In this document: positions 27,896 through 37,240 of the stretch, piece by piece
Position numbering within the stretch: position 1 is the first letter of the stretch
How the letters are laid out: each line of letters opens with the position of its first letter
Notes under the pieces: generated by a model
What the model saw: the letters and a program-made list of their open reading frames with translations, nothing else
The model's database searches: none
Told to the model about the DNA's origin: nothing
Translations under genes and position numbers: made by a program
Assembly: GCA_031290985.1 (NCBI GenBank)
Contig: JARLJW010000094.1
Coordinates: forward strand, 2,368-66,367
Reading direction: 5' to 3'
Source: Verrucomicrobiia bacterium
GTDB taxonomy: Bacteria > Verrucomicrobiota > Verrucomicrobiia > Limisphaerales > UBA11358
DNA: 64,000 bases

Positions 27896-29347
27896 TCACT
27901 CCACCCGCAGCAGCACGCATCCGTGCGGCGGAATCTCCGCCGTAAACACCTTTCCCTTCGCCAAATCTTTACGCAACCAAAGATCGCGAACTTTCGGTGT
28001 GGACCGCAACCCCGCATCGCTCCACGTTAGCTCCACTTTGGTTGCCAGCCCGGTGCGGTTGAACAGCCCGATCGCATGTGACCCGTCCGCCAGTTCGCGC
28101 ACCCAGAATTCCGCCGCCAGGCCGCGCAAGAAAACCCGCTTCGCCGGCTTGCCCCCGGCATCTTGGTTCACCGCCAGCACCTCCGGATTCGTCAGCAGCG
28201 CGGTCGTCCATTCGTCGTTGTCCGGCAGGTTCATGCCGAGCATCAAAGGCGACGGCGCCAGCGACCAGAGCGACATCAGTGTGAGCTGTTCATCGCGCGT
28301 AAAATGCGTCCAATGCGAACTGCCCCCGAGCTTTGAGCGCATGGCGATGTATCCTAGCGGGATCATGTCCGCATCCGGCCAATGCCCCGGCCCGCCTGCG
28401 CCCGACCATTCCGCGATCAGGTCGAACTGTTCATTGATCTTCGGCCAACGATCCCAAAAATCACCCGAGATGCGCCACAGGTTGGCCTGGGCGGCGATAT
28501 GGCCGCCACGGGCGGTGGTCGTCGGCCCCGGCGACGTGCTGAACACGATATTGCTCCCATACTTGTCCAGCGCCCGCCGGATCTGTTCGATCTCGCTGGT
28601 GTGATATGGCTCGGACAGGTCATCCACCTTGATGTAATCCACGCCCCATGACGCCCAGAGTTGCACGCACGAATCGTACCACGCCTGCCCGGCGGCATTG
28701 TCACGCACCCCGAACATGTCCGGGCACCAGATGCACTTGTCATTTTGGTCGCCCGCATCCGCCGCGGAAAATTGCCCTCCCAAAATCTTGGTGTTCGCCA
28801 GCACCGCCTGCCGCGGGATGCCGCGCATCACATGGATGCCGAACTTCAACCCCATCGCGTGCAGCTTGTCCGCCAACGCCTTGAACCCCGAACCCTTCGC
28901 GGCCGAGGGAAAACGGTTCGGCGCGGGCAGCAGGCGGCTGACGTCATCCGCCGCCAGCGCCGCCCCCACGCGCGTCTTGTTCAACAACCGGTCATCGCCC
29001 GTCGGCATCGGATCATACCAGCGAAAATCCACCACCACCGTGTCCCAGCCCACCGGCAGCAAATTCGCCCGCATCCATTCCGCATTGGCCAGCGTCTCGT
29101 CCTCCGTCACGGAATCGCCAAAGGTGTCGTAACTGTTCCACCCCATCGGCGGCGTCTGCGCCAGTTTGCCGGCATGGGTGAATTTGAATGATGATTTCAG
29201 TTTCGCCGCCGCCACGATTTGCTGTTCCACCTGCGTCAGATTGGTGTTGGGCGAGGCCATGTCCCCCGCCTGCAATCCGGCGGCGGCGAAAACCGCCAGC
29301 AGAACCGCCACGGCGGGCGGGGTGAAAATTTCAATTTTGTTTTTCAT
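27896..29347 (-). CDS. GH27-family glycosidase (alpha-galactosidase or beta-L-arabinopyranosidase type), secreted
   Basis: Signal peptide. Motifs PPMGWNSYDTFGDSVTEDE, GLKFGIHVMRGIPRQA and WGVDYIKVDD. Confidence 0.78.
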   Translation of the reverse strand: MKNKIEIFTPPAVAVLLAVFAAAGLQAGDMASPNTNLTQVEQQIVAAAKLKSSFKFTHAGKLAQTPPMGWNSYDTFGDSVTEDETLANAEWMRANLLPVGWDTVVVDFRWYDPMPTGDDRLLNKTRVGAALAADDVSRLLPAPNRFPSAAKGSGFKALADKLHAMGLKFGIHVMRGIPRQAVLANTKILGGQFSAADAGDQNDKCIWCPDMFGVRDNAAGQAWYDSCVQLWASWGVDYIKVDDLSEPYHTSEIEQIRRALDKYGSNIVFSTSPGPTTTARGGHIAAQANLWRISGDFWDRWPKINEQFDLIAEWSGAGGPGHWPDADMIPLGYIAMRSKLGGSSHWTHFTRDEQLTLMSLWSLAPSPLMLGMNLPDNDEWTTALLTNPEVLAVNQDAGGKPAKRVFLRGLAAEFWVRELADGSHAIGLFNRTGLATKVELTWSDAGLRSTPKVRDLWLRKDLAKGKVFTAEIPPHGCVLLRVE

Positions 29348-29354
29348 GATCGTT

Positions 29355-30881
29355 TCAATTTAAAAATGCCGGCCGGGCCGCCGCGATGGTCTTGCCCACT
29401 GCCAGGTTCATCACGTTTTCCTCGTTGCAATCCGCGCGCTCCAGCACGCCCGCGATCTTGCCCTCGTGCATCACCGCCACGCGGTCGCTGACATTCAGGA
29501 CTTCCTCCATGTCGCTGCTGATCATCAGAATGACCCCGCCGCGGTCGGCCAGTTCGCGCATCAGCCGGTAAATTTCCGCCTTCGCCCCCACGTCAATGCC
29601 GCGCGTCGGCTCGTCCATGATCATCACCTTCGGCGACATCGAGAGCCACTTGCCCAGGACGACTTTCTGCTGGTTGCCGCCGCTCAAATTCAGCACCAAA
29701 GACTCGCGGCCCGGGGTTTTGATGTTCAACGACTTGATCTGTTCGTCCGCAACCTTGCGCTCCCGCTCACGGCTGATCAGGGTGCACGTGGAATATTTTT
29801 TCAACGCCGGCAGCGTGGTGTTCTCGCGCACCGTCATCCCGGTGACCAGCCCCTCGCCGCGCCGGTCCTCGGGCACGAGATAAATTCCATGACCAATGGC
29901 GTCCGTCGGCGTGTGGATGAAAATTCGCTCGTCACCGATGGTGACCTCGGCGCTGCCATGCGGATCCAGCCCGACCATCGCCTTGACGATCTCCGACCGC
30001 CCCGCCCCAACCAGCCCGGCAAAGCCAAGGATCTCTCCGCGCGCCGCATCAAATGCCACCCTCTTCGCCGGAAACCGGCCCGATATGGCATTGCGTACCC
30101 GTAAATACCCCGGCGTTTTGGCCACCTTGGAAGCGGCGTAAGTGCTCTTGATTTCGCGCCCGACCATCAACCCCACGATCTGGTCGTGACCAATCTCCGC
30201 GCGGCTCAATCGGCCCGCGTTTTTGCCGTCGCGCAACACCACCACCCGGTCGGCAATATGCTCCACCTCGCTCAACCGATGTGAAATATACACCACGCTG
30301 ACACCCTGCTTCTTCAATTCCAACACCAGTTCCAACAGCCGGTCCGTCTCCTGCAACGTCAGCGAGGACGTCGGCTCGTCCATGATGATGATGCGCGAAT
30401 CCAGCGACAGGGCCTTGGCAATCTCCACCATCTGCTTCTCCGCGATGGACAGCCGGTCGAGCGGCGTCCGGCTGGCAATGTCCAGACCCAGCCGCTTCAA
30501 GAACGGTTCCGTGTCAGCGTGGATTTTTTTTAAGTCGATCAGTCCGAACCCATTCTTCGGCTCGCGCCCGAGAAAAACGTTCGCTGCGACATCTAAGTTG
30601 TCCAGCACGTTCAACTCCTGATGAATGAACGCCACCCGCAGCTTCATCGAGTCGGTGACATTGTTGATCGTCACCGCCGCGCCATCCATGAAGATTTCCC
30701 CGGCATCCGGCTGGTAGATACCGCCGAGGATCTTCATGAGCGTGGACTTGCCCGCCCCGTTCTCGCCACAAAGCGCCACCACCTCGCCCGCGCCGACCTC
30801 CAGCGAAACATTGTCCAGGGCGATCACGCCGGGGAATCGTTTGCCGATCCCCCGCATGGAGAGCAGCGGGTTTGGATTCAC
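29355..30881 (-). CDS. Sugar ABC transporter ATP-binding protein (duplicated ABC domains), with no adjacent permease or binding protein
   Basis: Walker A GENGAGKST, signatures LSIAEKQ/LSGGNQQK, Walker B IIMDEPTSSL/MIMDEPTRGIDV. GTG start at 30881 (ATG alternative at 30857). Confidence 0.9.
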   Translation of the reverse strand: MNPNPLLSMRGIGKRFPGVIALDNVSLEVGAGEVVALCGENGAGKSTLMKILGGIYQPDAGEIFMDGAAVTINNVTDSMKLRVAFIHQELNVLDNLDVAANVFLGREPKNGFGLIDLKKIHADTEPFLKRLGLDIASRTPLDRLSIAEKQMVEIAKALSLDSRIIIMDEPTSSLTLQETDRLLELVLELKKQGVSVVYISHRLSEVEHIADRVVVLRDGKNAGRLSRAEIGHDQIVGLMVGREIKSTYAASKVAKTPGYLRVRNAISGRFPAKRVAFDAARGEILGFAGLVGAGRSEIVKAMVGLDPHGSAEVTIGDERIFIHTPTDAIGHGIYLVPEDRRGEGLVTGMTVRENTTLPALKKYSTCTLISRERERKVADEQIKSLNIKTPGRESLVLNLSGGNQQKVVLGKWLSMSPKVMIMDEPTRGIDVGAKAEIYRLMRELADRGGVILMISSDMEEVLNVSDRVAVMHEGKIAGVLERADCNEENVMNLAVGKTIAAARPAFLN

Positions 30882-30943
30882 GCTTTGATGATAACTTTAT
30901 CGAAATAAAAAGCTCCAAAACAATTGCCAGGCGGTTCCCGCTG

Positions 30944-30995
30944 TTTGGAGCTTGAAGTTTCTCTGGTGCTTGGATGTTGGTGCTTGGAATTTTTT
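30944..30995. repeat. REP-like intergenic element with a tandem TGGTGCTTGGA motif
   Basis: TGGTGCTTGGA occurs at 30964..30974 and 30978..30988, preceded by TTTGGAGCTTGAAG. It resembles the GCTTGGA/GCTTGAA-type intergenic repeats I recall from PVC genomes. Confidence 0.3.
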
Positions 30996-31093
30996 ACGTT
31001 ACTTGCCGGCCTTGAACCCCGCGTTTTCGTAAAAGCACACGATCTTTACCTTCGCCGCCGGGCCCGGCCAGCAACGGCAAGGTCATTAAAATA

Positions 31094-31124
31094 CCAAGTG
31101 GCGATGCCACGCATCGCCACTTGG
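31094..31124 (-). terminator. Intrinsic terminator downstream of the symporter gene
   Basis: Perfect 14-bp stem CCAAGTGGCGATGC / GCATCGCCACTTGG with a 3-nt loop, 15 nt after the stop. On the minus strand it is followed by TATTTTAAT. Confidence 0.55.
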
Positions 31125-31138
31125 CTGCCTTTGACAGC

Positions 31139-32977
31139 TTACCAGAACTTGATGTAGAACAGCACGATGGTGCCAATGACAATCAGCGACAGGACCACGT
31201 CCAGAGCATTCCAGCTGGCCTTGGTGGCCGCTTTCTCTTCTGGCGTCGCGCCATACCAGGTGTATTTGACGGTCTTCGGATCCGGTGCCTTGGTCATGAG
31301 ACTGATGACGATCATCAACGCCAACGTGAACACGAACAAAATCTGGCACCAGTAAAGCCAGTGAATGTCCTCAAACTGGAAAATGATGCCATATTTTTCC
31401 TTGATCGGCGCAATCATCGTCGCGTATTGATCCGCGGTGATCGTGCCTTGATAAAGATGTTCCTTCAGGTCTTTCAGCGAACTGCCGTCAGCCGCTTTGA
31501 CATCTTTCATAACCAAGTCCGCCGCCAACCGCGCAAAGCCGCCGATGACACCGATGGAGAACGACCATAGCGCCGCCGGTGCCGTGGCCCGTTTCCAGAA
31601 CACGCCAACGCCAAACAACACCGCGATGGCGGGCGAAAGATAGCCTTGCACGCTTTGCAGGTATTCATACAAATTCGAGTGCAGCATCTTGATGACCAGC
31701 ACCCAGCAAATACCGACGAACACAATCACCGCCGTGGCGATGCGACCCACGAGCACCTCGGTTTTGCCGGAGGCGTTGGGATACCATTCGCGATAGAAGT
31801 CCATCGTAAACAGCGTGGCGGAGGCGTTGAATTTGGAGCCGAGCGACGCCATGAGGGCGACGATCATGCCGCAAGCCACCATGCCGCGCAGGCCGTGCGG
31901 AAGAATTTGTCCGACAAGTGAAGTGTAAGCCGCGTCGCCGCTGGTGCTGAAACCGCTGCCGGGCGTCTGCGTGAGCGCAAACGCAATCATTCCGGGGATC
32001 AGAAAAATGAACACCGGGGTGAGTTTGAAGAAACCGGCGAGAATCGAACCCCGCCGCGATTCCTGCTGGTTTTTTCCAGCCAGCACACGTTGGACGATGT
32101 ATTGGTCGGTGCACCAATACCAGAAGCCAATGATGGCCGATGAAGGCAATACCTTCGTCCATCCCCATTCGGGATCATTCTTCGAACGGATCAGGTGGAT
32201 ATTGTTACCCGCCGCAGAGAGCATCGTGTGCCATCCTTCCGCGAGACTGCCGTGGCCGAGCGCACGCAGACCTACGAACAAAATACACAGCGAGCCAAAG
32301 ATCAGGACCGGCGCCTGCAGCACGGCGGTATACATGATGACGCGCATGCCGCCGAAGATCGTGTAAAGACCCGTGGTGAACGCCAGGCCGAGCGCGATGG
32401 CCCAGAAGACGTCAATGTCACCTAAACCGGGAACATGGATTTTTTGCACGTTCAACAAAGTGCGGATGACGACATCACCGGCGTAGATGGTCGCGGCAAT
32501 TTTCGTCAATACCAGGCTGGCCATCGTGAGCAGGCTCAAGACGTTTCGCGAACCGCGGCTGAAGCGCAGTTCGAGAAATTCCGGCATGGTGAATATTTTC
32601 ATGCGGTCATAAAGCGGCACGAAGGCCCAGCCCAGAATCAGAATGATCCACCCGTGCATTTCCCAGTGTGCCATCGCCATGCCAGTGAGGAAGCCGGCGC
32701 CGGCGAGACCGACGAGGTGCTCGGAACCGATGTTCGAGGAGAAGATCGAGGAACCGATCTGCAGCCAGTTCGCATCGCGACCGGACAGAAAGTAATCCTT
32801 GCCCGACTCGTTCTTCTTCCGCATGGAGAACCAGACGGTCGCGATCATGCCGATGGCAAAGGCGATAATGACCGCCAGGTCCAGCCCATTGAACACCGTG
32901 CCATTCAAACCTCCCGCCACGGAGGCGGCGGCCAGCGAGTTGGTCGCCACCTCGACTGCATTTGTTATTTCGTTCAT
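31139..32977 (-). CDS. Sodium:solute symporter family (SGLT-like) sugar transporter
   Basis: 612 aa, multi-TM, with SSF motifs (DYFLSGRD..., GGMRVIMYTAVLQ). The track start 32992 is TTG; the first ATG is 32977. Confidence 0.9.
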   Translation of the reverse strand: MNEITNAVEVATNSLAAASVAGGLNGTVFNGLDLAVIIAFAIGMIATVWFSMRKKNESGKDYFLSGRDANWLQIGSSIFSSNIGSEHLVGLAGAGFLTGMAMAHWEMHGWIILILGWAFVPLYDRMKIFTMPEFLELRFSRGSRNVLSLLTMASLVLTKIAATIYAGDVVIRTLLNVQKIHVPGLGDIDVFWAIALGLAFTTGLYTIFGGMRVIMYTAVLQAPVLIFGSLCILFVGLRALGHGSLAEGWHTMLSAAGNNIHLIRSKNDPEWGWTKVLPSSAIIGFWYWCTDQYIVQRVLAGKNQQESRRGSILAGFFKLTPVFIFLIPGMIAFALTQTPGSGFSTSGDAAYTSLVGQILPHGLRGMVACGMIVALMASLGSKFNASATLFTMDFYREWYPNASGKTEVLVGRIATAVIVFVGICWVLVIKMLHSNLYEYLQSVQGYLSPAIAVLFGVGVFWKRATAPAALWSFSIGVIGGFARLAADLVMKDVKAADGSSLKDLKEHLYQGTITADQYATMIAPIKEKYGIIFQFEDIHWLYWCQILFVFTLALMIVISLMTKAPDPKTVKYTWYGATPEEKAATKASWNALDVVLSLIVIGTIVLFYIKFW

Positions 32978-33000
32978 AGGATGTGATTCCAATTACACGA

Positions 33001-34152
33001 CTATTTCTTTTCCACACCAAACTTGTAGATGATCGTGTTGTGATAGGTCTCGCCCGGGTTCAACTCGGTCGTGGGAAACGCCGGATGGTTCGGTGAATCC
33101 GGAAAGTGCTGCGGCTCAAAGCACATCCCGTTGCGGAACTGATACGTCCAGCCGCCCTTCCCCGTGATCGTGCCGTCAAGGAAGTTGCCGCTGTAGAACT
33201 GCAGGCCCGGCGATGTGCTCCAGACCTCCATGGTGCGCCCGCTGGTCACCTCGTACACGGCTGCTGCCAGCGAAACTCCTTCACCGTCCCGGTTCAAGAC
33301 CCAGTTGTGATCATAGCCGCCGCCAAACTTCAATTGTTCGTCCGCCGCATTGATCCGCTCGCCAATCGTGTGCGGCGTGGTGAAGTCAAACGGCGTTCCC
33401 GCCACCGGCCGCAGTTCGCCCGTCGGAATCAGGCCGGCGTCCACCGGCGTGTACTTGTCGGCGTTGATGGTCAGAATCGTGCCCAGAATGTCACCGCTGC
33501 CGCGCAGGTTGAAATAGGAATGGTGCGTCAGGTTCACGACGGTTTTCGCGCTGGTCGTGGCGGAAAAGTCGAGGCGCAGTTCATTGTCTTCCGTCAGGGA
33601 ATAAACCGCCGTCACCGAAAGCGTGCCCGGATACCCTTCCTCGCCGCCCGGGCTCACATAAGCCAGAATCAGCGACGGGCCGTGCGCTGTCGGCATCGGC
33701 CGCGCCGTCCACACCACCTTGTCAAAGCCCTTCAAGCCGCCGTGCAACGAGTTCACGCCGTTGTTCGTCGCCAGCGTATAGGTCTGCCCGTCGAGCGAGA
33801 ACTTCCCGTTCGCAATGCGGTTGCCATAACGGCCGACCAACGCGCCGAAGTACGGCGTGCTCTTGAGGTAGCCGTCCAGATTGTCGTAGCCCAGCACCAC
33901 GTCGCCCAGTTTGCCGGTCTTGTCCGGCGTCTTGAGCGATGTCACGATGCCGCCGTATGTCATGATCTTTGCCTCCATGCCCTTGCCGTTGCGCAGGGTG
34001 TAGAGTTGCACGGCCTTGCCGTCTGGCGTCTGGCCAAAATCGATCTTGGTGATGGTTCCTTTCGGGGTGTTGTTCATAGTTTCGCAGCCGGTAAAACACG
34101 CCGCTGCGATGCCGAGCGCCGTGACCGTAATGAGTTGGATGATTTTTTTCAT
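33001..34152 (-). CDS. galM: Aldose 1-epimerase (galactose mutarotase) with a lipoprotein signal peptide
   Basis: Motifs NGVNSLHGGLKGFDKVVW, LTHHSYFNL and FCFEPQHFPDSPN. N-terminus MKKIIQLITVTALGIAAACFTGC (lipobox) from ATG 34152. Confidence 0.9.
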   Translation of the reverse strand: MKKIIQLITVTALGIAAACFTGCETMNNTPKGTITKIDFGQTPDGKAVQLYTLRNGKGMEAKIMTYGGIVTSLKTPDKTGKLGDVVLGYDNLDGYLKSTPYFGALVGRYGNRIANGKFSLDGQTYTLATNNGVNSLHGGLKGFDKVVWTARPMPTAHGPSLILAYVSPGGEEGYPGTLSVTAVYSLTEDNELRLDFSATTSAKTVVNLTHHSYFNLRGSGDILGTILTINADKYTPVDAGLIPTGELRPVAGTPFDFTTPHTIGERINAADEQLKFGGGYDHNWVLNRDGEGVSLAAAVYEVTSGRTMEVWSTSPGLQFYSGNFLDGTITGKGGWTYQFRNGMCFEPQHFPDSPNHPAFPTTELNPGETYHNTIIYKFGVEKK

Positions 34153-34236
34153 GGTTGTTTTTGGCAGTGGGTTACTTGGGGCAATGGTAAACACCCCGAC
34201 TGTGTTTGCGAATAAAATGTTTGTCGTGAATTTTCA

Positions 34237-34935
34237 TCACCGCTGGCCGTAGGTCGCCTTCGGACCGTGCTTGCGCATAAAATGCTTGTCCAGCAGCACG
34301 CCCTGCATCGGCTTGATCTTGGGGTTGATCCGCAGCGTCTCGCTGTTCAGGCGAGCAATGAACTCCAGCACGCTCGCGTTATGCACCGCATCATTCACGT
34401 CTTTGCCCCAGGTGAACGGGCCATGGCTCGCCACCAGCACCGCCGGATGCTGCCGCGGGTCAAACTTCAGCTTCTTGAACGTCTCCACGATCACATCGCC
34501 GGTGTTCGCCTCGTAATCGTTTTTGATTTCCGCCGCCGTCAGCTTGCGCGTACAGGGCACGTCGCCATACCAGTAATCCGCCTGCGTCGTGCCATAGGCC
34601 AGCAATGGCTGGCACGCCTGCGCCCATGACGTCGCAAACAAGCTGTGCGTATGCACCACCCCGCCGATCCCCTTGAACGCGCGATAAAGAATAAGATGCG
34701 TGTCTGTGTCCGAACTGGGCTTGAGCTTGCCCTCCACCACCTCGCCCGTCGCCAGCGACACGCAGACCATGTGCTGCGGCTTCATCTCTGAATATGGGAC
34801 CCCGCTCGGCTTGATGACCATGACGCCGCGCTCGCGGTCCACCGCGCTCGCATTCCCCCACGTCTGGATGACCAACCCTTCGGCCACCAGGTCCAAATTC
34901 GCCTTGCAGACTTCAGCTTTTAATTTTTCCAACAT
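34237..34935 (-). CDS. araD: L-ribulose-5-phosphate 4-epimerase
   Basis: Near-colinear with E. coli AraD as recalled: [14 protein letters not shown]...[22 protein letters not shown]...KPSSDTDTH...GGVVHTHS. Confidence 0.92.
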   Translation of the reverse strand: MLEKLKAEVCKANLDLVAEGLVIQTWGNASAVDRERGVMVIKPSGVPYSEMKPQHMVCVSLATGEVVEGKLKPSSDTDTHLILYRAFKGIGGVVHTHSLFATSWAQACQPLLAYGTTQADYWYGDVPCTRKLTAAEIKNDYEANTGDVIVETFKKLKFDPRQHPAVLVASHGPFTWGKDVNDAVHNASVLEFIARLNSETLRINPKIKPMQGVLLDKHFMRKHGPKATYGQR

Positions 34936-34950
34936 AAAAATTTATTTTGA

Positions 34951-34975
34951 CCACGGATGAACACAGATAAACACG
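34951..34975. repeat. Left arm of a perfect 25-bp inverted repeat (CCACGGATGAACACAGATAAACACG)
   Basis: It is the exact reverse complement of 35527..35551. The sequence type resembles REP-like intergenic elements common in PVC genomes. Confidence 0.9.
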
Positions 34976-34984
34976 CATGAAATT

Positions 34985-35518
34985 TCATTCGTTCAATCGC
35001 CAAATCGCATACATGTCGCATTGTGCATGAGCATCTTCCGGGTGTTTTTCTGCCAAAACCGATTTAATCTCATTTGCGCGTTCAAATTCTGAAATCAAAC
35101 CAAATGAATTCAGTTCTTCTTTGCTAAATACATCTGAGAATCCGCAGTTTGTAAGCGCACTGGTATGCGTCTGCTCATCAATGAGTTCATATCCCATGAA
35201 TTTAAAATCACCCGTTGATGGAGGTTTTGTTATGTGCGCTTCGGGATTCCGGTACAATCCTAAAATATTTCTTCGTTTTACGGACTGAACACGGTTTAAC
35301 AGATAGTCCAAATGGCAAAAATAGCGAAGTAGGTAATCAGCGTTTACAATATGATTCCAATCTTCGTCCGATATTTCTACAAGAATAGGGTTGCATAGCG
35401 ACCCATCCAGACCAACCACTTCGGCCAATGCCGGGATTTTCGCATGCTCAAAATACTTCTTCCATGCCTCGTCACTGGGGTCGAAGCGTTCAGTTGCTAT
35501 GAACAGTGGTTCGATCAC
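34985..35518 (-). CDS. Hypothetical protein (177 aa), low-GC cassette ORF between araB and araD
   Basis: Uninterrupted ORF with a GTG start in the same orientation as the operon. It is visibly AT-richer than its flanks, and I recognise no family motif. Confidence 0.5.
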   Translation of the reverse strand: MIEPLFIATERFDPSDEAWKKYFEHAKIPALAEVVGLDGSLCNPILVEISDEDWNHIVNADYLLRYFCHLDYLLNRVQSVKRRNILGLYRNPEAHITKPPSTGDFKFMGYELIDEQTHTSALTNCGFSDVFSKEELNSFGLISEFERANEIKSVLAEKHPEDAHAQCDMYAIWRLNE

Positions 35519-35526
35519 TTTTTATC

Positions 35527-35551
35527 CGTGTTTATCTGTGTTCATCCGTGG
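35527..35551. repeat. Right arm of the perfect 25-bp inverted repeat (CGTGTTTATCTGTGTTCATCCGTGG)
   Basis: Exact reverse complement of 34951..34975. Confidence 0.9.
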
Positions 35552-35558
35552 TTAAAAA

Positions 35559-37235
35559 TCATTTCCTCACCCGGCTTCGGATCGCAATCAACTTCTTCAT
35601 CACGCCATAAAGATTCCCATTCCACTGCTTCGTGCCAAATGCATCGTGCAATTGCTTGTAGAGCGCGTAAAGCTCCTTGTAGACCGCATGAGTCTTTGGA
35701 TTCGGCTTGTACACGGTCGACTTCAGGCCAGTCATCTTCTTTTGCGCCGTCGCAAAATCCTTGTACGCCCCCGCCACCACCGCCGCCGCGATGGCCGACC
35801 CCAGCGCGCATGTCTGCGCCGAGCGCGAAATCTTCATCGGCCGCCCCGTGATGTCCGCGTAGATCTGCATCACCAGCGCGCTCTTGTCCGCGATGCCGCC
35901 GCAGTTCACCACTTCGGAAATCTTCACACCATATTCCTCATAGCGGTTGATGATGGTCAGCGCACCGTAAGCCGTCGCCTCCACCAACGCGCGATAGACT
36001 TCCGCCGGCGTCGTATACAGCGTCTGGCCCACGATCAGGCCGGTGAGTTGCTGGTCCACGAGCACGGTGCGGTTGCCATTGTTCCAGTCCAGCGCCAGCA
36101 ACCCGCTTTCGCCCGGCTGCAGTTTCAAGGCGGCCTCATCAAGCTGCCGGTGCGACAAGGCCTTGGTCCCGCCCGGCTGGATGTAATCCACCCACCAGTT
36201 AAAAATATCGCCCACCGCCGACTGCCCGGCCTCGATGCCAAAATAGCCCGGCACCACGCTGCCGTTCACGATGCCGCAAACGCCCGGGATGTCCGCCAGC
36301 TTCGCCGTGTTTACGCGCACGCTGATGTCGCAGGTGCTCGTGCCGATGATCTTCACCAGCGTGCCCGGCTTCACGCCCGCACCAATCGCCCCGGTGTGCG
36401 CATCGAACGCGCCGACCGTCACGGGAATCCCCGCCGGCAGCCCCGTGCGCTTCGCCCAGTCCGTCGTCAAATTTCCCACCGCTGAATCCACGGCCAGGAC
36501 GCGCGCCGGCAAACGGTCGCGTAACGCGCCCAGCTTGGGATCCAGCTTGGAAAGAAACGCCTTGTCCGGGTAGCCGCCCCAGGTCGTGCTATACATCGCC
36601 TTGTGACCGGCGGCGCAGATGCCCGCAATGAAACTGCGCGGGTCCAGCGTGTCCGTCAATGCGGCGGGCACCAGGTCGGAAAGCTCGATCCACGAATGCG
36701 CGGCGTCAAAAACTTCCGGCGCGCTGCGCAGGCATTTCAAGATCTTGCTGAAAAACCATTCGCTCGAATACGTCCCGCCGCACTTGGCTAGATATTGCGG
36801 GCGCATCCTGCGCGCCAACGCGGTGATCTCGGTCGCCTCCGCGATGCCCGTATGGTCCTTCCACAACCACGCCATCGCGGCGGGGTTGTTCGCAAATTTC
36901 TTTTGAAATGCCAGCGGCTGCCCGCGCTTGTCCACCGGCAACGGCGTGCTGCCCGTCGTATCCACGCCGATGCCGATGACCTGCGCGGCGCTGAAACCTT
37001 TGACCGATTTCTTCGCCGCCGCCAACGCCTGCTTGATGGTGATCTCCGCACCCTTCAGATAATCCGCCGGATGCTGCCGCGCCAGATTCGGGTCGCGGCC
37101 GAGAATGACCCCTGCCGTGCCGTGTTCGTAGCCCCAGACCGCCGCCGCCACTTCCGCGCCGTTGGCGACATTGACAATGAGGGCGCGAACCGAGTTTGTG
37201 CCGTAGTCCAGACCGATGGTGTATTTCGTTGGCAT
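35559..37235 (-). CDS. araB: Ribulokinase
   Basis: FGGY kinase. N-terminus YTIGLDYGTNSVRALIV, 558 aa, positioned within the ara cluster. Confidence 0.9.
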   Translation of the reverse strand: MPTKYTIGLDYGTNSVRALIVNVANGAEVAAAVWGYEHGTAGVILGRDPNLARQHPADYLKGAEITIKQALAAAKKSVKGFSAAQVIGIGVDTTGSTPLPVDKRGQPLAFQKKFANNPAAMAWLWKDHTGIAEATEITALARRMRPQYLAKCGGTYSSEWFFSKILKCLRSAPEVFDAAHSWIELSDLVPAALTDTLDPRSFIAGICAAGHKAMYSTTWGGYPDKAFLSKLDPKLGALRDRLPARVLAVDSAVGNLTTDWAKRTGLPAGIPVTVGAFDAHTGAIGAGVKPGTLVKIIGTSTCDISVRVNTAKLADIPGVCGIVNGSVVPGYFGIEAGQSAVGDIFNWWVDYIQPGGTKALSHRQLDEAALKLQPGESGLLALDWNNGNRTVLVDQQLTGLIVGQTLYTTPAEVYRALVEATAYGALTIINRYEEYGVKISEVVNCGGIADKSALVMQIYADITGRPMKISRSAQTCALGSAIAAAVVAGAYKDFATAQKKMTGLKSTVYKPNPKTHAVYKELYALYKQLHDAFGTKQWNGNLYGVMKKLIAIRSRVRK

Positions 37236-37240
37236 AAATT

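Noticed and set aside
33106-34215. Long antisense ORFs opposite clearly identified genes (33106..34215). The same pattern occurs at 13329..14348, 39935..41002, 42196..43452, 43823..44929, 54948..56060, 57129..58256 and 58099..59259.
   Set aside because: Each lies fully inside and opposite a gene with strong family motifs (galM, ADH, GH51, araA, xylA, AAA/TPR, ABC-2, trxB). Their translations are R/H/P/G-rich with no recognisable domains, which is a typical GC-rich antisense artefact.
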